Under the pieces are notes generated by a model. That model did not search any database and was not told where the DNA came from. It was given only the letters and a program-made list of their open reading frames with translations. A stretch of 64,000 nucleotides of DNA from the NCBI GenBank assembly GCA_963739455.1, contig CAVUAK010000001.1, positions 2,240,001 to 2,304,000 of the forward strand, read 5' to 3'. The position numbers were made by a program, and so were the translations under genes. Source of the DNA: an uncultured Gemmatimonadales bacterium (GTDB lineage Bacteria > Gemmatimonadota > Gemmatimonadetes > Gemmatimonadales > GWC2-71-9). Positions 43,041-52,876 of the stretch are shown one piece after another; position 1 is the stretch's first letter; each line of letters begins with the position of its first letter.

Positions 43041-44876
43041 GTGCGCATCCTCCTCGTAGTCCTCGCCGCCGTCGCCCTTTCCGCCGGCACCTATCTCGGT
43101 CTTGAGCGTCTCGGTCGCCGTGCCTGGCCCGCGATCGCGGCGCGCGCGGTGGCGTGGGCCGCCCTTGGTCTCCTGCTGCTCAACGTGAGCTGTCCGCGTC
43201 CGCCATTGGTACGGCGGCCGCTCGTGCTGCTCGATGGCTCGCTCAGCATGACGGCGGCGGGGCGCAGCTGGTTGCCCCTGCGCCGGCAGGCCGACTCACT
43301 GGGCGAGGTGCGCTTCTTCGGCGACGAACGGAGCGGGGCGGACAGCCTGCCCAACCGGGGCCGCTCGCTCCTGGCGCCGGCGCTGGCGGCGGCGGCGGCG
43401 AGCGACCGGCCAGTGATCGTGATCACTGATGGAGAGATCGATGACGCGTCCGAGATTCCGGCCGACCTGCTCGCGCGCGCCCGGGTGGACGTTGCGCCGC
43501 GACCCGTGACGCGGGACGTCGCCGTCCTGGGCGTCGACGGCCCAGCGCGGGTGACCGCCGGTGACTCGCTGCGGTATGACGTGGCCGTTCGCTTCGTGGG
43601 CGACAGCTCGCAGGACTCGGCGGTGGTGGAGCTTCGCTCCGATGATGCCAAGCGCACCCTCCTGGTGCGCCGGGTGCTCCGCAGCAGTGGCGGCGAAGCG
43701 CGGGGCGTGCTGCGCGCGGCCAGCGCGGGCATTGCTGCGGGGGAACACGTCCTGTCACTGAAGGTGGTGGGCAGTGGCGACAGTGAGCCGCGCACCGACG
43801 AGCGCCTGGTCCACCTGACGGTGGCGCAGACACCGGGTGTCGTGCTGGTGGCGAACCCGGCGGACTGGGATGCCCGCTTCCTGTTCCGGGCCATCCGGGA
43901 TGTCGCCGCACTCCCGGTGCGGGGCTACGTGCGGATCGGCGACAGCTGGCGCAGCATGGCGGACCTGAAGCCCATCTCGGAGGATGCGTTGCGCCAGGCA
44001 ATCCGCGGCGCCGACCTGGCGGTACTCAAGGGCAAGGCAGTGGATCGGGTCACCGATGTGCGAGGACGAGGGGTCTGGTTGTGGCCGGGCTCGACGGAGG
44101 CGCCGTCGCAGGACGGCGACTGGTACCTCACGGCAACGCCGGCATCTCCCTTGGCATCCGCGCTCGGCGGACTGCCGATCGACTCGTTCCCACCGGCGGT
44201 CCAGCTCACGGCGCAGCAACCGACGCCGACGGGATGGGTCGGGCTCATGGCGCAGGCGGGGCGTCGCGGTGCACCGCGGCCCGCCTTCTTCGGAGGGGAA
44301 GCGGGCGGCAAGCGGCGTGTGACCACGGCGGCAAGTGGCCTGTGGCGGTGGAGTTTCCGCGGCGGATCGTCGGAGCAGGGATACCGCGCGCTCGTTGGCT
44401 CCACGGTGACCTGGCTGCTTGGTGCGCCGGACACCGCCCGGGGGCCGGCGCGGCCGGTGCGTCCCGTCGTGATGAATGGGCGGCCGCTGGTATTCGAGTG
44501 GAGCGGCGCTGGTGCGTCGCAGCCGGTGCCGATCAGCTGGAGCGGAACTTCAGGGAGCGGGGAACAGGGAGCAGGGAACAGGGAACAGGACAGTGCAACT
44601 GACACCCTGCGGTTCGATGGCGCGGGGCGCGCGGCGCTGTGGCTGGCGCCGGGCACCTGGCGGTACCGCCTCGAGGGCGGGACGCAGGGGCTGGTGGCGG
44701 TGGAGGAATATTCCGATGAGCTGGTGCCGCGGGCCGCGACGATCATTTCGAAGCCGGGGACGAGCGTGACGGGCACGTCGCGCACGGCGGCGAGGGACTG
44801 GCTGTGGCTCTTTGGGATCGCGGTGCTCGCTCTGTGCGCTGAGTGGCTGACGAGGAGGAGGCTTGGGTTGCGATAG
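43041..44876 (+). CDS. Membrane protein with vWA-like MIDAS motif
   Basis: Two N-terminal TMs, LLDGSLSM (DxSxS), VIVITDG, C-terminal TM ending EWLTRRRLGL. Confidence 0.75.
   Translation: MRILLVVLAAVALSAGTYLGLERLGRRAWPAIAARAVAWAALGLLLLNVSCPRPPLVRRPLVLLDGSLSMTAAGRSWLPLRRQADSLGEVRFFGDERSGADSLPNRGRSLLAPALAAAAASDRPVIVITDGEIDDASEIPADLLARARVDVAPRPVTRDVAVLGVDGPARVTAGDSLRYDVAVRFVGDSSQDSAVVELRSDDAKRTLLVRRVLRSSGGEARGVLRAASAGIAAGEHVLSLKVVGSGDSEPRTDERLVHLTVAQTPGVVLVANPADWDARFLFRAIRDVAALPVRGYVRIGDSWRSMADLKPISEDALRQAIRGADLAVLKGKAVDRVTDVRGRGVWLWPGSTEAPSQDGDWYLTATPASPLASALGGLPIDSFPPAVQLTAQQPTPTGWVGLMAQAGRRGAPRPAFFGGEAGGKRRVTTAASGLWRWSFRGGSSEQGYRALVGSTVTWLLGAPDTARGPARPVRPVVMNGRPLVFEWSGAGASQPVPISWSGTSGSGEQGAGNREQDSATDTLRFDGAGRAALWLAPGTWRYRLEGGTQGLVAVEEYSDELVPRAATIISKPGTSVTGTSRTAARDWLWLFGIAVLALCAEWLTRRRLGLR
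44553..44594 (+). repeat. GGGA(A/G)C(A/G) heptamer array inserted in frame inside a CDS
   Basis: GGGAGCG-GGGAACA-GGGAGCA-GGGAACA-GGGAACA-GGACAGT (42 nt), translated GSGEQGAGNREQDS. Confidence 0.85.
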
Positions 44877-44880
44877 GAAC

Positions 44881-44977
44881 TGCGTAAGGAGGAACTGCGA
44901 CAGCGTAAGGAGGAACTGCAACGGCGGTTACCCCAGTCGCTGTTCCTCCTCACGTTGTTTCTGTTCCTCCTCACGCT
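44881..44977. repeat. 21-mer repeat: two direct plus two inverted units
   Basis: Direct 44881-44922; inverted 44936-44977 (reverse complement AGCGTGAGGAGGAACAGAAAC-AACGTGAGGAGGAACAGCGAC). Confidence 0.9.
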
Positions 44978-45002
44978 GTTGGCATAGCCTTATCTTCCCC
45001 AC

Positions 45003-45917
45003 ATGACTCTGGGTCGTGTCGGGGAAAAAAAGCTGGGTCTCTGGGGCCGTCTCAAGCGCGTCATGCTCACGGACGTGGGCGCGCTGGTGCGCGGGCTCAA
45101 GGCTGCCGACCTGGAGGAGATCGAGCAGCTCCTGATCGAGGCCGACTTCGGCGTGCCCGCGACGATGGAACTGGTGGACGCACTCGAGCAGGGGGTGCGG
45201 TCGGGGAAGCTCAAGAAGGAAGACGACGTTCGTGAGGCGCTGATCGCGCGCCTGGCGGCGATGCTGCAGGGCCCGGAGCATCCGGAGCGGATCGCGCGCG
45301 CCAGCAGCGGCCTCACGGTGATCCTGGTGGTGGGTGTCAACGGGGTGGGGAAGACCACCACTGTTGCGAAGCTGGCGAAGCGGCTCAAGTCGGAGGGGCG
45401 AAAGGTGCTGCTCGCCGCCGCCGATACCTGGCGCGCGGGTGCGGTGTCACAGCTGCAGGTCTGGGCGCAGCGCATCGGCGTCGAGTGCGTCGCCGGCACC
45501 CAGGGCGGCGACCCGGCGGCGGTGGCGTTCGACGCGATCGAGGCGGCGACGGCGCGCGGACTCGATACGGTCATCATCGACACGGCGGGACGGTTGCACA
45601 CGCAGGACAACCTGATGGACGAACTGAAGAAGGTCACGCGCGTGATCACGCGGAAGGTGCCGGGCGCGCCGCACGAGACATTGCTCGTGCTGGATGGTTC
45701 GGTCGGCCAGAATGCGATCCAGCAGGGCCGGCTGTTCGGCGAGGCGGTGCAGCCCACCGGCGTCATCGTCACGAAGCTCGATGGCACGGCGCGCGGTGGG
45801 GCGGTGGCGGCCGTGCGGCGCGAGCTTGGCGTACCGATCCGGTTCGTGGGCGTGGGTGAAGGTGTCGATGACCTCGCGCCGTTCGAGGCGCGGGGGTACG
45901 CGGAGGGGCTGCTATAG
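45003..45917 (+). CDS. ftsY: SRP receptor GTPase
   Basis: LIEADFG, GVNGVGKTTT, DTAGRLH, TKLDGTARGG, VGVGE. Confidence 0.96.
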   Translation: MTLGRVGEKKLGLWGRLKRVMLTDVGALVRGLKAADLEEIEQLLIEADFGVPATMELVDALEQGVRSGKLKKEDDVREALIARLAAMLQGPEHPERIARASSGLTVILVVGVNGVGKTTTVAKLAKRLKSEGRKVLLAAADTWRAGAVSQLQVWAQRIGVECVAGTQGGDPAAVAFDAIEAATARGLDTVIIDTAGRLHTQDNLMDELKKVTRVITRKVPGAPHETLLVLDGSVGQNAIQQGRLFGEAVQPTGVIVTKLDGTARGGAVAAVRRELGVPIRFVGVGEGVDDLAPFEARGYAEGLL

Positions 45918-47992
45918 TCACGCGCACTTCCTCGCTCCGGCCCGACACCCCGATCCAGTTCCTCAAGGGTGTGGGCGAGAAGCGGGCGGATGCGTTCGCC
46001 CGCCTCGGCATCCGCACTGCGCTCGACCTCGTGTGGCACCTTCCCCATCGCTATCTCGACGCCTCGACTCTCACCCCGCTCGCCAAGGCCCGCGTGGGCG
46101 ACGAGATCGCTGCCGTTGGACGGGTGATGGCGAAGCGGGTGCTGCCGACGCGAAAGGGGCTCCGGATTTTTCACGCGGTGCTGCGCGATGACTCCGGGTT
46201 GCTGGAGTGCGTGTGGCCGGGGCAGGCGTTCCTCGACCGCACCATCCGCGAGGGACAACTGCTGCTGGTGTCCGGGCCGGTGCGGTTCTATCACGGCCGA
46301 CAGATGGCACCGCGCGAGTTCATCATCCTGGGCGACGCCGACGACGCCGAGTCGGCCCCGGAGGGACTGATCCTCCCGATCTATCCCGCCACGGAAGGAC
46401 TGGGGCACCGGCAGATCCGGAACCTCATCGACCAGCACCTCGATGCGCTCATTCCCCTGATCACCGACCTGCTGCCCCCGGCGCGCCGTGATGCGCTGGG
46501 GTTGCCGACCCTGCCCGACGCGCTGCGGCTGGTGCATCGCCCGCCCAATGCGGCGGAAGCAGAACTCGGGCGACGGCGCCTCGCGTTCGATGAGTTGTTC
46601 GATGTGCAGCTGATGCTGGCGCGTGCGCGGGCGCTGGCCAAGCGGGACAAGGGCGGCCTGGTCCAGGTGAGCAACGCCACCTTCACCCGTCGGCTCCGCG
46701 AATCGCTCCCGTGGCCGCTCACGGGCGACCAGGAGAAGGCGCTCGGCCAGATCGCGAACGACATGGCGGCGCCGGAGCGCATGCACCGATTGCTGATGGG
46801 CGATGTCGGCACGGGCAAGACGGTGGTGGCGCTGCTGGCGATGCTGGTGGCGCTGGAGAACCAGCACCAGGCGGCGCTGATGGCCCCAACAGAACTCCTG
46901 ACGGAGCAGCATGCGACGACCCTCGCGCGGTTGCTTGCACCGCTCGGGATCATGCCGGAAGTGCTGCTGGGGCGGATGCCGGCCGCGGACAAGGCGTCGT
47001 CACGCAAGCGCATCGCCTCCGGGGCCGCGCGCGTGATCATCGGCACGCACGCGCTGCTGCAGGAGACGGTGGCGTTCAAGCAACTCGGGCTGGTGGTGAT
47101 CGACGAGCAGCACCGCTTCGGGGTGGAGCAGCGCGCGGCCCTGATCAACAAGGGCTCCGCACCGGACGTGCTGCTGCTGACGGCAACGCCGATCCCGCGA
47201 TCGCTCGCGCTCACGCTCTATGGCGACCTCGACGTATCCGCGCTGCGGGAGCGGCCGCCGGGGCGGGGGAAGGTGCGCACCGCGATCCGCTACGACGGCG
47301 AACGGGAGCGAGTGTGGGAATTCGTGGGGGAAGAATGCCGGCGCGGCCGGCAGGCGTACGTGGTGCTGCCGGTGATCGACGAATCAGAGAAGGCGGACCT
47401 GCGCGCGGCCACGACGATGGCGGAGCAACTCAGGACTCGCTACAAGGACCTGGAGGTGGGGCTGGTTCACGGCCGGCTCAAGCCGGAGGAACGCGACGCC
47501 GTCATGCGGCGCTTCCGCGACGGAACAGTCCATGTGCTGGTGGCGACGACGGTGATCGAAGTAGGCATCGACGTGCCGAACGCGACGATCATGGTCGTGG
47601 AGCACCCGGAGCGGTTCGGCCTGGCACAACTGCACCAGTTGCGCGGGCGGGTGGGACGTGGGGACGAGGAGAGCTACTGCATCCTGATGGCTGACGGCGG
47701 GGTGCCGGAGCGGCTCAAGGCATTCGCCGCCACGACCGATGGATTCAAGGTGGCGGAGCTGGACTTCCAGGAGCGGGGCATGGGCGACCTGATGGGCGCG
47801 AGGCAGTCGGGCGGCATCACGCTGCGGCACGCAAACCTGGCGACCGATGGCGACCTGCTCGAGAAGGCGCGCGCGATGGCGCGGGACGTGATCGAGCGGG
47901 ATCCGGCGCTGCAGAAGGCGGAGCATGGTGCGCTGCGGGACCGCGCGATTGCGCGGTTTCCGAGGGCGGTGGAGTTGTTTCGGGTGGGATAG
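45914..47992 (+). CDS. recG: ATP-dependent DNA helicase RecG (first canonical start 45971; probable true start ATA 45914)
   Basis: PIQFLKGVGEKRA, GDVGTGKT, IDEQHRFG, TATPIPR, ATTVIEVG, QLHQLRGRVGR. Confidence 0.95.
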   Translation: MVTRTSSLRPDTPIQFLKGVGEKRADAFARLGIRTALDLVWHLPHRYLDASTLTPLAKARVGDEIAAVGRVMAKRVLPTRKGLRIFHAVLRDDSGLLECVWPGQAFLDRTIREGQLLLVSGPVRFYHGRQMAPREFIILGDADDAESAPEGLILPIYPATEGLGHRQIRNLIDQHLDALIPLITDLLPPARRDALGLPTLPDALRLVHRPPNAAEAELGRRRLAFDELFDVQLMLARARALAKRDKGGLVQVSNATFTRRLRESLPWPLTGDQEKALGQIANDMAAPERMHRLLMGDVGTGKTVVALLAMLVALENQHQAALMAPTELLTEQHATTLARLLAPLGIMPEVLLGRMPAADKASSRKRIASGAARVIIGTHALLQETVAFKQLGLVVIDEQHRFGVEQRAALINKGSAPDVLLLTATPIPRSLALTLYGDLDVSALRERPPGRGKVRTAIRYDGERERVWEFVGEECRRGRQAYVVLPVIDESEKADLRAATTMAEQLRTRYKDLEVGLVHGRLKPEERDAVMRRFRDGTVHVLVATTVIEVGIDVPNATIMVVEHPERFGLAQLHQLRGRVGRGDEESYCILMADGGVPERLKAFAATTDGFKVAELDFQERGMGDLMGARQSGGITLRHANLATDGDLLEKARAMARDVIERDPALQKAEHGALRDRAIARFPRAVELFRVG

Positions 47993-48060
47993 GGTTCAGG
48001 GTTCAGGGTTCAGGGTTCGGGGTTCAGGGCTCTGAACCCTGAACCCTCAACTTTGAACCT
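47991..48060. repeat. (AGGGTTC)n array plus inverted (TGAACCC)n array filling the recG/gdh convergent gap
   Basis: AGGGTTC x4, GGGGTTC, AGGGC, then TGAACCC x2, TCAACTT, TGAACCT. Confidence 0.95.
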
Positions 48061-49475
48061 CAAGGAAATATCCCCATCTCCCGATAAATCACCGCCACCT
48101 TGTCGATCGCCGTCACCAGGGCGGCGGTGCGCAGGTCCACGCTCTTGCCCAGTCCCACCTTGGTATCGCGCACACCCTGATACGCCCCGATCATCGTCTC
48201 TTCCAGCCCCGAGTTGACCAGGTCGATCTCGTCGGCGCCGTGGGTCAGCTGCGCCTTCTCCCCGATCTCCAGCGACTTCCCGGTGAGCCGCTCGACGCCG
48301 CCAATGAGCCCGCGGGCAAAGCTCTCGTCGAAGCGCTTCTCCATGCGCCCGAAGCGGACGTGCGAGAGGTTCTTGAGCCACTCGAAGTAGGAGACGGTGA
48401 CGCCGCCGGCGTTGAGGTAGAGATCGGGAAGCACCAGCACGCCGCGCTGCTGAAGGATTGTATCGCCTTCGTTGGTGGTGGGGCCGTTGGCGCCCTCGGC
48501 GATGATCTTCGCCTTGATCCTCGGCGCGTTCTCGGCGGTGATCTGTCGTTCGAGGGCGGCGGGAACCAGGATGTCGCAGTCGAGTTCGAGGGCGGCGAGC
48601 GACGGGGAGATGTTGGTGGCGCCCGGGTAGTTGAGGCAGCTGCCGGTCGCCTTGCGGTGGGCCACGACCTTTTCGAGGTCGAGGCCCCTGGGATTGTGGA
48701 TCGCGCCCTCACGCTCGGCGATACCGACGATGAGCGCGCCACCTTCCTCGAGAAACTTGGCGGCGTGATAGCCCACGTTGCCCAGGCCCTGCACGACGAC
48801 GCGCTTGCCGGCGAGACCGGGGGTGAGCCCGAGGGCCTTCATGTCCTCTGCCACGTCGCAGGCCTCGCGCACCCCGAAGAAGACGCCGCGACCGGTGGCC
48901 TCGGTGCGCCCGCGGATGCCGCCCAACTGGACCGGCTTGCCGGTGACGCAGCCGAGTGCGTTCAGGTCGTCGGACCGGATCTGGGCGTAGGTGTCGGCGA
49001 TCCAGGCCATTTCCTTCGGGCCGGTGCCGAAATCGGGGGCGGGGACGTCGATGCCAGGCCCGATGTAGTTCTTCCGGACGAGCTCGAAGGTGTAGCGACG
49101 GGTGATGCGCTCCAGTTCCCCCTCGGAATACTTGTGACGCGAGATGCGAATGCCGCCCTTGGCGCCGCCGAACGGCACGTCCACCACGGCGCACTTGTAG
49201 GTCATGAGGGCGGCCAGTGCCATCGTCTCCTCCGCGTCGACGTTGACGTCGTAGCGGATGCCGCCCTTGGTGGGGAGCTTGTGCTGGCTGTGCTCGGCGC
49301 GCCAGGCGTGGATGGTCTCGAGCGTGCCGTCGTCGCGCCGGAGCGGAAAGCTGAACTGGACCACGGTGTTGCACTGCCGGATCTGGCCCAGCAGGGTCGG
49401 ATGGTGTTTCGTCAGCGCGGCTGCCCGGTCAAAGCTGGCCTCGACCTGCGCGAGAAAGCTGGCACCCTGGGACAT
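48060..49475 (-). CDS. gdhA: Glu/Leu/Phe/Val dehydrogenase, glutamate dehydrogenase type
   Basis: PTKGGIRY, GGAKGG, DVPAPD, VTGKP, QGLGNVG, EGANGPTT, NAGGVTVSYFEW. Confidence 0.92.
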   Translation of the reverse strand: MSQGASFLAQVEASFDRAAALTKHHPTLLGQIRQCNTVVQFSFPLRRDDGTLETIHAWRAEHSQHKLPTKGGIRYDVNVDAEETMALAALMTYKCAVVDVPFGGAKGGIRISRHKYSEGELERITRRYTFELVRKNYIGPGIDVPAPDFGTGPKEMAWIADTYAQIRSDDLNALGCVTGKPVQLGGIRGRTEATGRGVFFGVREACDVAEDMKALGLTPGLAGKRVVVQGLGNVGYHAAKFLEEGGALIVGIAEREGAIHNPRGLDLEKVVAHRKATGSCLNYPGATNISPSLAALELDCDILVPAALERQITAENAPRIKAKIIAEGANGPTTNEGDTILQQRGVLVLPDLYLNAGGVTVSYFEWLKNLSHVRFGRMEKRFDESFARGLIGGVERLTGKSLEIGEKAQLTHGADEIDLVNSGLEETMIGAYQGVRDTKVGLGKSVDLRTAALVTAIDKVAVIYREMGIFP

Positions 49476-49568
49476 GACGGCTCCGGTCGGTAGATCGATC
49501 GTCACAACGGGGAGGTTCGGAGGGCTCCGTAGAGACCGGAATATGCGAAGCCGCCCGCCTGCCGCAAG

Positions 49569-49597
49569 TTGACCATACGGTGACCCGCCAGTAATCT
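49569..49597 (+). promoter_or_regulatory. sigma70-type promoter of asnS
   Basis: TTGACC (49569-49574), 17-nt spacer, TAATCT (49592-49597). Confidence 0.65.
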
Positions 49598-49607
49598 CCC
49601 TCCCGCC

Positions 49608-50903
49608 ATGACAATGACTTACATCAGCGAACTCCCCCGCCACGTCGGCGACACCGTGACCCTCCGCGGCTGGATCATGACGACCCGGTCCAGCGGCAAG
49701 ATCGCGTTCCTCGTGCTGCGTGACGGTTCGGGCTATGTGCAGGGTGTCCTCTCGAAGCGGGAGGTGCCCGAGGATACGTGGGCGCTCTTCCTGACCCTGG
49801 CGCAGGAAACGTCGGTGGCGGTCACCGGCGTGGTGCGCGAGGATCCCCGGGCGCCGGCCGGTGTCGAACTGACCGTCACTGGCCTCGAGGTGCTGGGCAA
49901 GAGCGTGGATTTCCCGGTCTCGCCGAAGGAGCACGGCACCCAGTTCCTGTTCGAGCAGCGCCACCTCTGGCTCCGGAGTCGCCGGCAGGTGGCGATCGCC
50001 CGGGTTCGGCACGAGGTGGTGCAGTCGATCCGCGACTTCTTCTACCAGCGTGACTTCGTGCTGGTGGACACCCCGATCCTGACGGGGGCCATCGGCGAGG
50101 AGGCGGGGAACCTCTTTTCCACCGACTACTTCGACCTGGGCAAGGCGTACCTGGCGCAGACGGGGCAGCTCTACGTCGAGGCGGCCGCGGCGTCGCTGGG
50201 CAAGGTGTACTGCTTCGGGCCGACGTTCCGGGCCGAGAAGTCGAAGACCCGCCGGCACCTCACCGAGTTCTGGATGGTGGAGCCGGAAGTGGCATTCAAC
50301 GACTCGAACGACAACATGCGGCTGCAGGAAGAGTTCGTGAGCTACATCGTGGGGCGCGCGCTGGAGCGCTGCGCCGAGCAGCTCAAGGAGCTCGAGCGGG
50401 ACACGGCGCCACTGGAGCGGGTGAAGGCCCCGTTCGCGCGCATCAGCTATACCGATGCGGTGGCGGCGCTCAACCGGATGGGCTCGGACATGCAGTGGGG
50501 GCACGACCTTGGTGGGGATGACGAGACGCTCCTGGCTCAGCAGTACGACCGCCCGGTGTTCGTCTACAACTACCCGAAGGGCGTGAAGGCGTTCTACATG
50601 AAGGAGAATCCCGAGGATCCGCGGACGGTGCTGAACAATGACTGCCTGGCACCCGAGGGATACGGCGAGATCATCGGCGGTTCACAGCGGGAGGACGACT
50701 ACGACCTGCTGCTGGCCCGGATCAAGGGGCAGGGTCTCGATCCGGAGGCGTATCGCTGGTACCTCGACCTCCGGAAGTATGGAACGTTCGTGCACTCCGG
50801 GTTCGGCCTGGGTGTGGAGCGCACGGTCGCGTGGATTTCGGGGATCCAGCATGTGCGGGAGGCGATCGCGTTTCCGAGGCAGCTGCACAGATTGTATCCG
50901 TAG
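49608..50903 (+). CDS. asnS: Asparagine--tRNA ligase
   Basis: OB-fold FLVLRDGSG, YLAQTGQLY, GPTFRAEKSKTRRHLTEFWM, GEIIGGSQRE, GFGLGVER. Confidence 0.95.
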   Translation: MTMTYISELPRHVGDTVTLRGWIMTTRSSGKIAFLVLRDGSGYVQGVLSKREVPEDTWALFLTLAQETSVAVTGVVREDPRAPAGVELTVTGLEVLGKSVDFPVSPKEHGTQFLFEQRHLWLRSRRQVAIARVRHEVVQSIRDFFYQRDFVLVDTPILTGAIGEEAGNLFSTDYFDLGKAYLAQTGQLYVEAAAASLGKVYCFGPTFRAEKSKTRRHLTEFWMVEPEVAFNDSNDNMRLQEEFVSYIVGRALERCAEQLKELERDTAPLERVKAPFARISYTDAVAALNRMGSDMQWGHDLGGDDETLLAQQYDRPVFVYNYPKGVKAFYMKENPEDPRTVLNNDCLAPEGYGEIIGGSQREDDYDLLLARIKGQGLDPEAYRWYLDLRKYGTFVHSGFGLGVERTVAWISGIQHVREAIAFPRQLHRLYP

Positions 50904-50909
50904 CTGAAC

Positions 50910-51033
50910 AGCGTAAGGAGGAACAGAAAAAGCGTAAGGAGGAACTGAAACAGCGGTCACCGCGGTCGCGGTTCCTCCTCACGCCGTTGCAGCTCCTCCC
51001 TACGTGGTTTCCCTGCGCAGTTCCTCCTCACGT
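50910..51033. repeat. 21-mer repeat: two direct plus three inverted units between convergent asnS and mazG
   Basis: Direct 50910-50951; inverted 50965-50985, 50986-51006 (contains mazG stop), 51013-51033 (inside mazG). Confidence 0.9.
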
Positions 51034-51773
51034 AGTTTGGTCTGGTCCCATAGTTGGTCAAGCACTTCCAGCCCCGCCGTATGCATGTCGATTGCCTTCT
51101 CCGCAGCCATCCGCTCGATCTCGGCGAACCGGCGGCGGAACTTGGCATTGGTGCGATCGAGGGCCGGGCCGGGCTGCACGCCCGCCTTGCGCGCGACGTT
51201 GACGACGGCGAAGAGCAGGTCGCCGATTTCATCGGCCAGTGCCTCATGCCCATCCTGCCCGACTGAGAGTTCCTCCTCCACTTCCGCGAGTTCCTCCCGC
51301 ACCTTGTTGAGCGGGCCACCGACGTCGGGCCAGTCGAAGCCGACGCTCGCGGCGCGTTCCTGCAGCCGGTAGGCCATGAGGAGATCGGGCAGCGTGGGAG
51401 GCAGTCCCTCGAGGAGTCCCTTCCGTCCTTCCTTCCGCTTCAGCTGCTCCCAGGGTTCGCGCGGCCCCAGGTTGAAGAGGTGGGGATGGCGGCGCTCCAT
51501 CTTGCGCACGATGCGATCCGCGATGTCGTCAGGCGTGGTTTCCCCGCGCTCCTCCGCGATCACGAATTGCCACGCCAGGTGCAGGAGGAAATCGCCGAGT
51601 TCCTCGCGGATGGCGTCGGGATCTTCCTCACGGAGCGCGTGATCGAGCTCGAGGACTTCCTCGACGAGATAGGGACGCAGGGTCTCTCGCGTCTGCGAGC
51701 GATCCCAGGCGCAGCGGACGCGCAGGTCCTTCACGAGGTCGAGCACCCGCTCCAGCGGTGGCCTGTCTTGCAT
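51000..51773 (-). CDS. mazG: Nucleoside triphosphate pyrophosphohydrolase
   Basis: CAWDRSQT, EELGDFL, RRHPHLF, VGFDWP, DEIGDLLF, NAKFRRRF. Confidence 0.94.
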   Translation of the reverse strand: MQDRPPLERVLDLVKDLRVRCAWDRSQTRETLRPYLVEEVLELDHALREEDPDAIREELGDFLLHLAWQFVIAEERGETTPDDIADRIVRKMERRHPHLFNLGPREPWEQLKRKEGRKGLLEGLPPTLPDLLMAYRLQERAASVGFDWPDVGGPLNKVREELAEVEEELSVGQDGHEALADEIGDLLFAVVNVARKAGVQPGPALDRTNAKFRRRFAEIERMAAEKAIDMHTAGLEVLDQLWDQTKLREEELRRETT

Positions 51774-51805
51774 GGGTTCTCCGTCCCGGTAGCTTACGCG
51801 CCGAC

Positions 51806-52876
51806 ATGACGATACCTGAGCCCAAGCCGCTGCGCGCGTGGGTGGACGTGGACCTCACCGCACTGGTGAGAAACGCGCGCACCATCATGACCCGTTCACG
51901 CGCCCGCCTGTTGCCGATGGTGAAAGCTAACGGTTACGGACTCGGGGCCGTGCGGGTGAGCCGGGCGCTCGAATCGCTCGATCCCTGGGGATTCGGGGTG
52001 GCGACGGTGAGCGAGGGCATCGAGTTGCGCGCGGCGGGCATTGCGCGCCCGATCGTGGTGTTCTCGCCGCTGGTTCCCGCGGCGTTCGCGGAGTGCATGG
52101 CGCACGACCTCCGTCCCTCACTGGGGGACGTCGCGTCCCTCGCGGCGTGGATACCGAGCGGCAAGCCCTTTCACCTGGAAATTGACACCGGCATGGCGCG
52201 CGCCGGTCTCCGCTGGACCGAGGGCTTTGCGCTCGCGGAGGCCGCGCGGCTGCTGGCGGGGGCGAGTGCCTGGGAGGGAGTGTTCACCCACTTCCATTCA
52301 TCGGACACCGATCCGTCGGCGACGCAGGCGCAGTGGGAACGATTCGAGATGGTGCTGGGCGCGCTGCCCTCGCGACCGCCGCTGGTGCACGCGGCGAGCA
52401 GCGCCGCCGCCCTCGCGGGCACCCGCTATTCGGCCGACCTGGTACGGCCCGGCATCTTCCTCTATGGCGGCGCCGCGGGTGGCATGGCACCGGAGCCGGT
52501 GGCGCGGTTGTGCGCGAGGGTGATCGCGACGCGCCAGCTGCACGCGGGAGATTCGGCGAGTTACGGGGCCACGTGGCACGCTCCCGGTCCGGTTGCGGTC
52601 GCGACGCTCGGCATCGGGTACGCCGACGGGGTGCCCCGCAGCCTCAGCAATCATGGCGCGATCGAAGTGCGTGGCCGACGGTGCCCGATCGTTGGACGGG
52701 TCACCATGGACATGACGATGATCGAGTCCGATGCAAGTGTCGGTGACGTGGCGACGGTGTTCGGCGGCATCGTGACGCTGGACCAGCAGGCGGCGGCAGC
52801 GGGGACGATCAGCTACGAGTTGCTGACCTCCATCTCACCGCGGGTGGAGCGCCGGTACGTCGAGCTGGCACCGTGA
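51806..52876 (+). CDS. alr: Alanine racemase
   Basis: MVKANGYGLG, IDTGMAR, VRPGIFLYG, GIGYADG, GRVTMDM, GTISYE. Confidence 0.95.
   Translation: MTIPEPKPLRAWVDVDLTALVRNARTIMTRSRARLLPMVKANGYGLGAVRVSRALESLDPWGFGVATVSEGIELRAAGIARPIVVFSPLVPAAFAECMAHDLRPSLGDVASLAAWIPSGKPFHLEIDTGMARAGLRWTEGFALAEAARLLAGASAWEGVFTHFHSSDTDPSATQAQWERFEMVLGALPSRPPLVHAASSAAALAGTRYSADLVRPGIFLYGGAAGGMAPEPVARLCARVIATRQLHAGDSASYGATWHAPGPVAVATLGIGYADGVPRSLSNHGAIEVRGRRCPIVGRVTMDMTMIESDASVGDVATVFGGIVTLDQQAAAAGTISYELLTSISPRVERRYVELAP

Noticed and set aside
44881..44977. CRISPR array interpretation of the 21-mer repeats
   Set aside because: Units are abutting with no unique spacers, occur in both orientations, and no cas genes are present
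47991..48060. Eukaryotic telomere contamination or chimera
   Set aside because: Only 70 nt, degenerate, and seamlessly joined to two intact bacterial stop codons
49476..50504. 814-aa extended glutamate dehydrogenase
   Set aside because: Extension is the antisense of asnS; homology begins at ATG 49475
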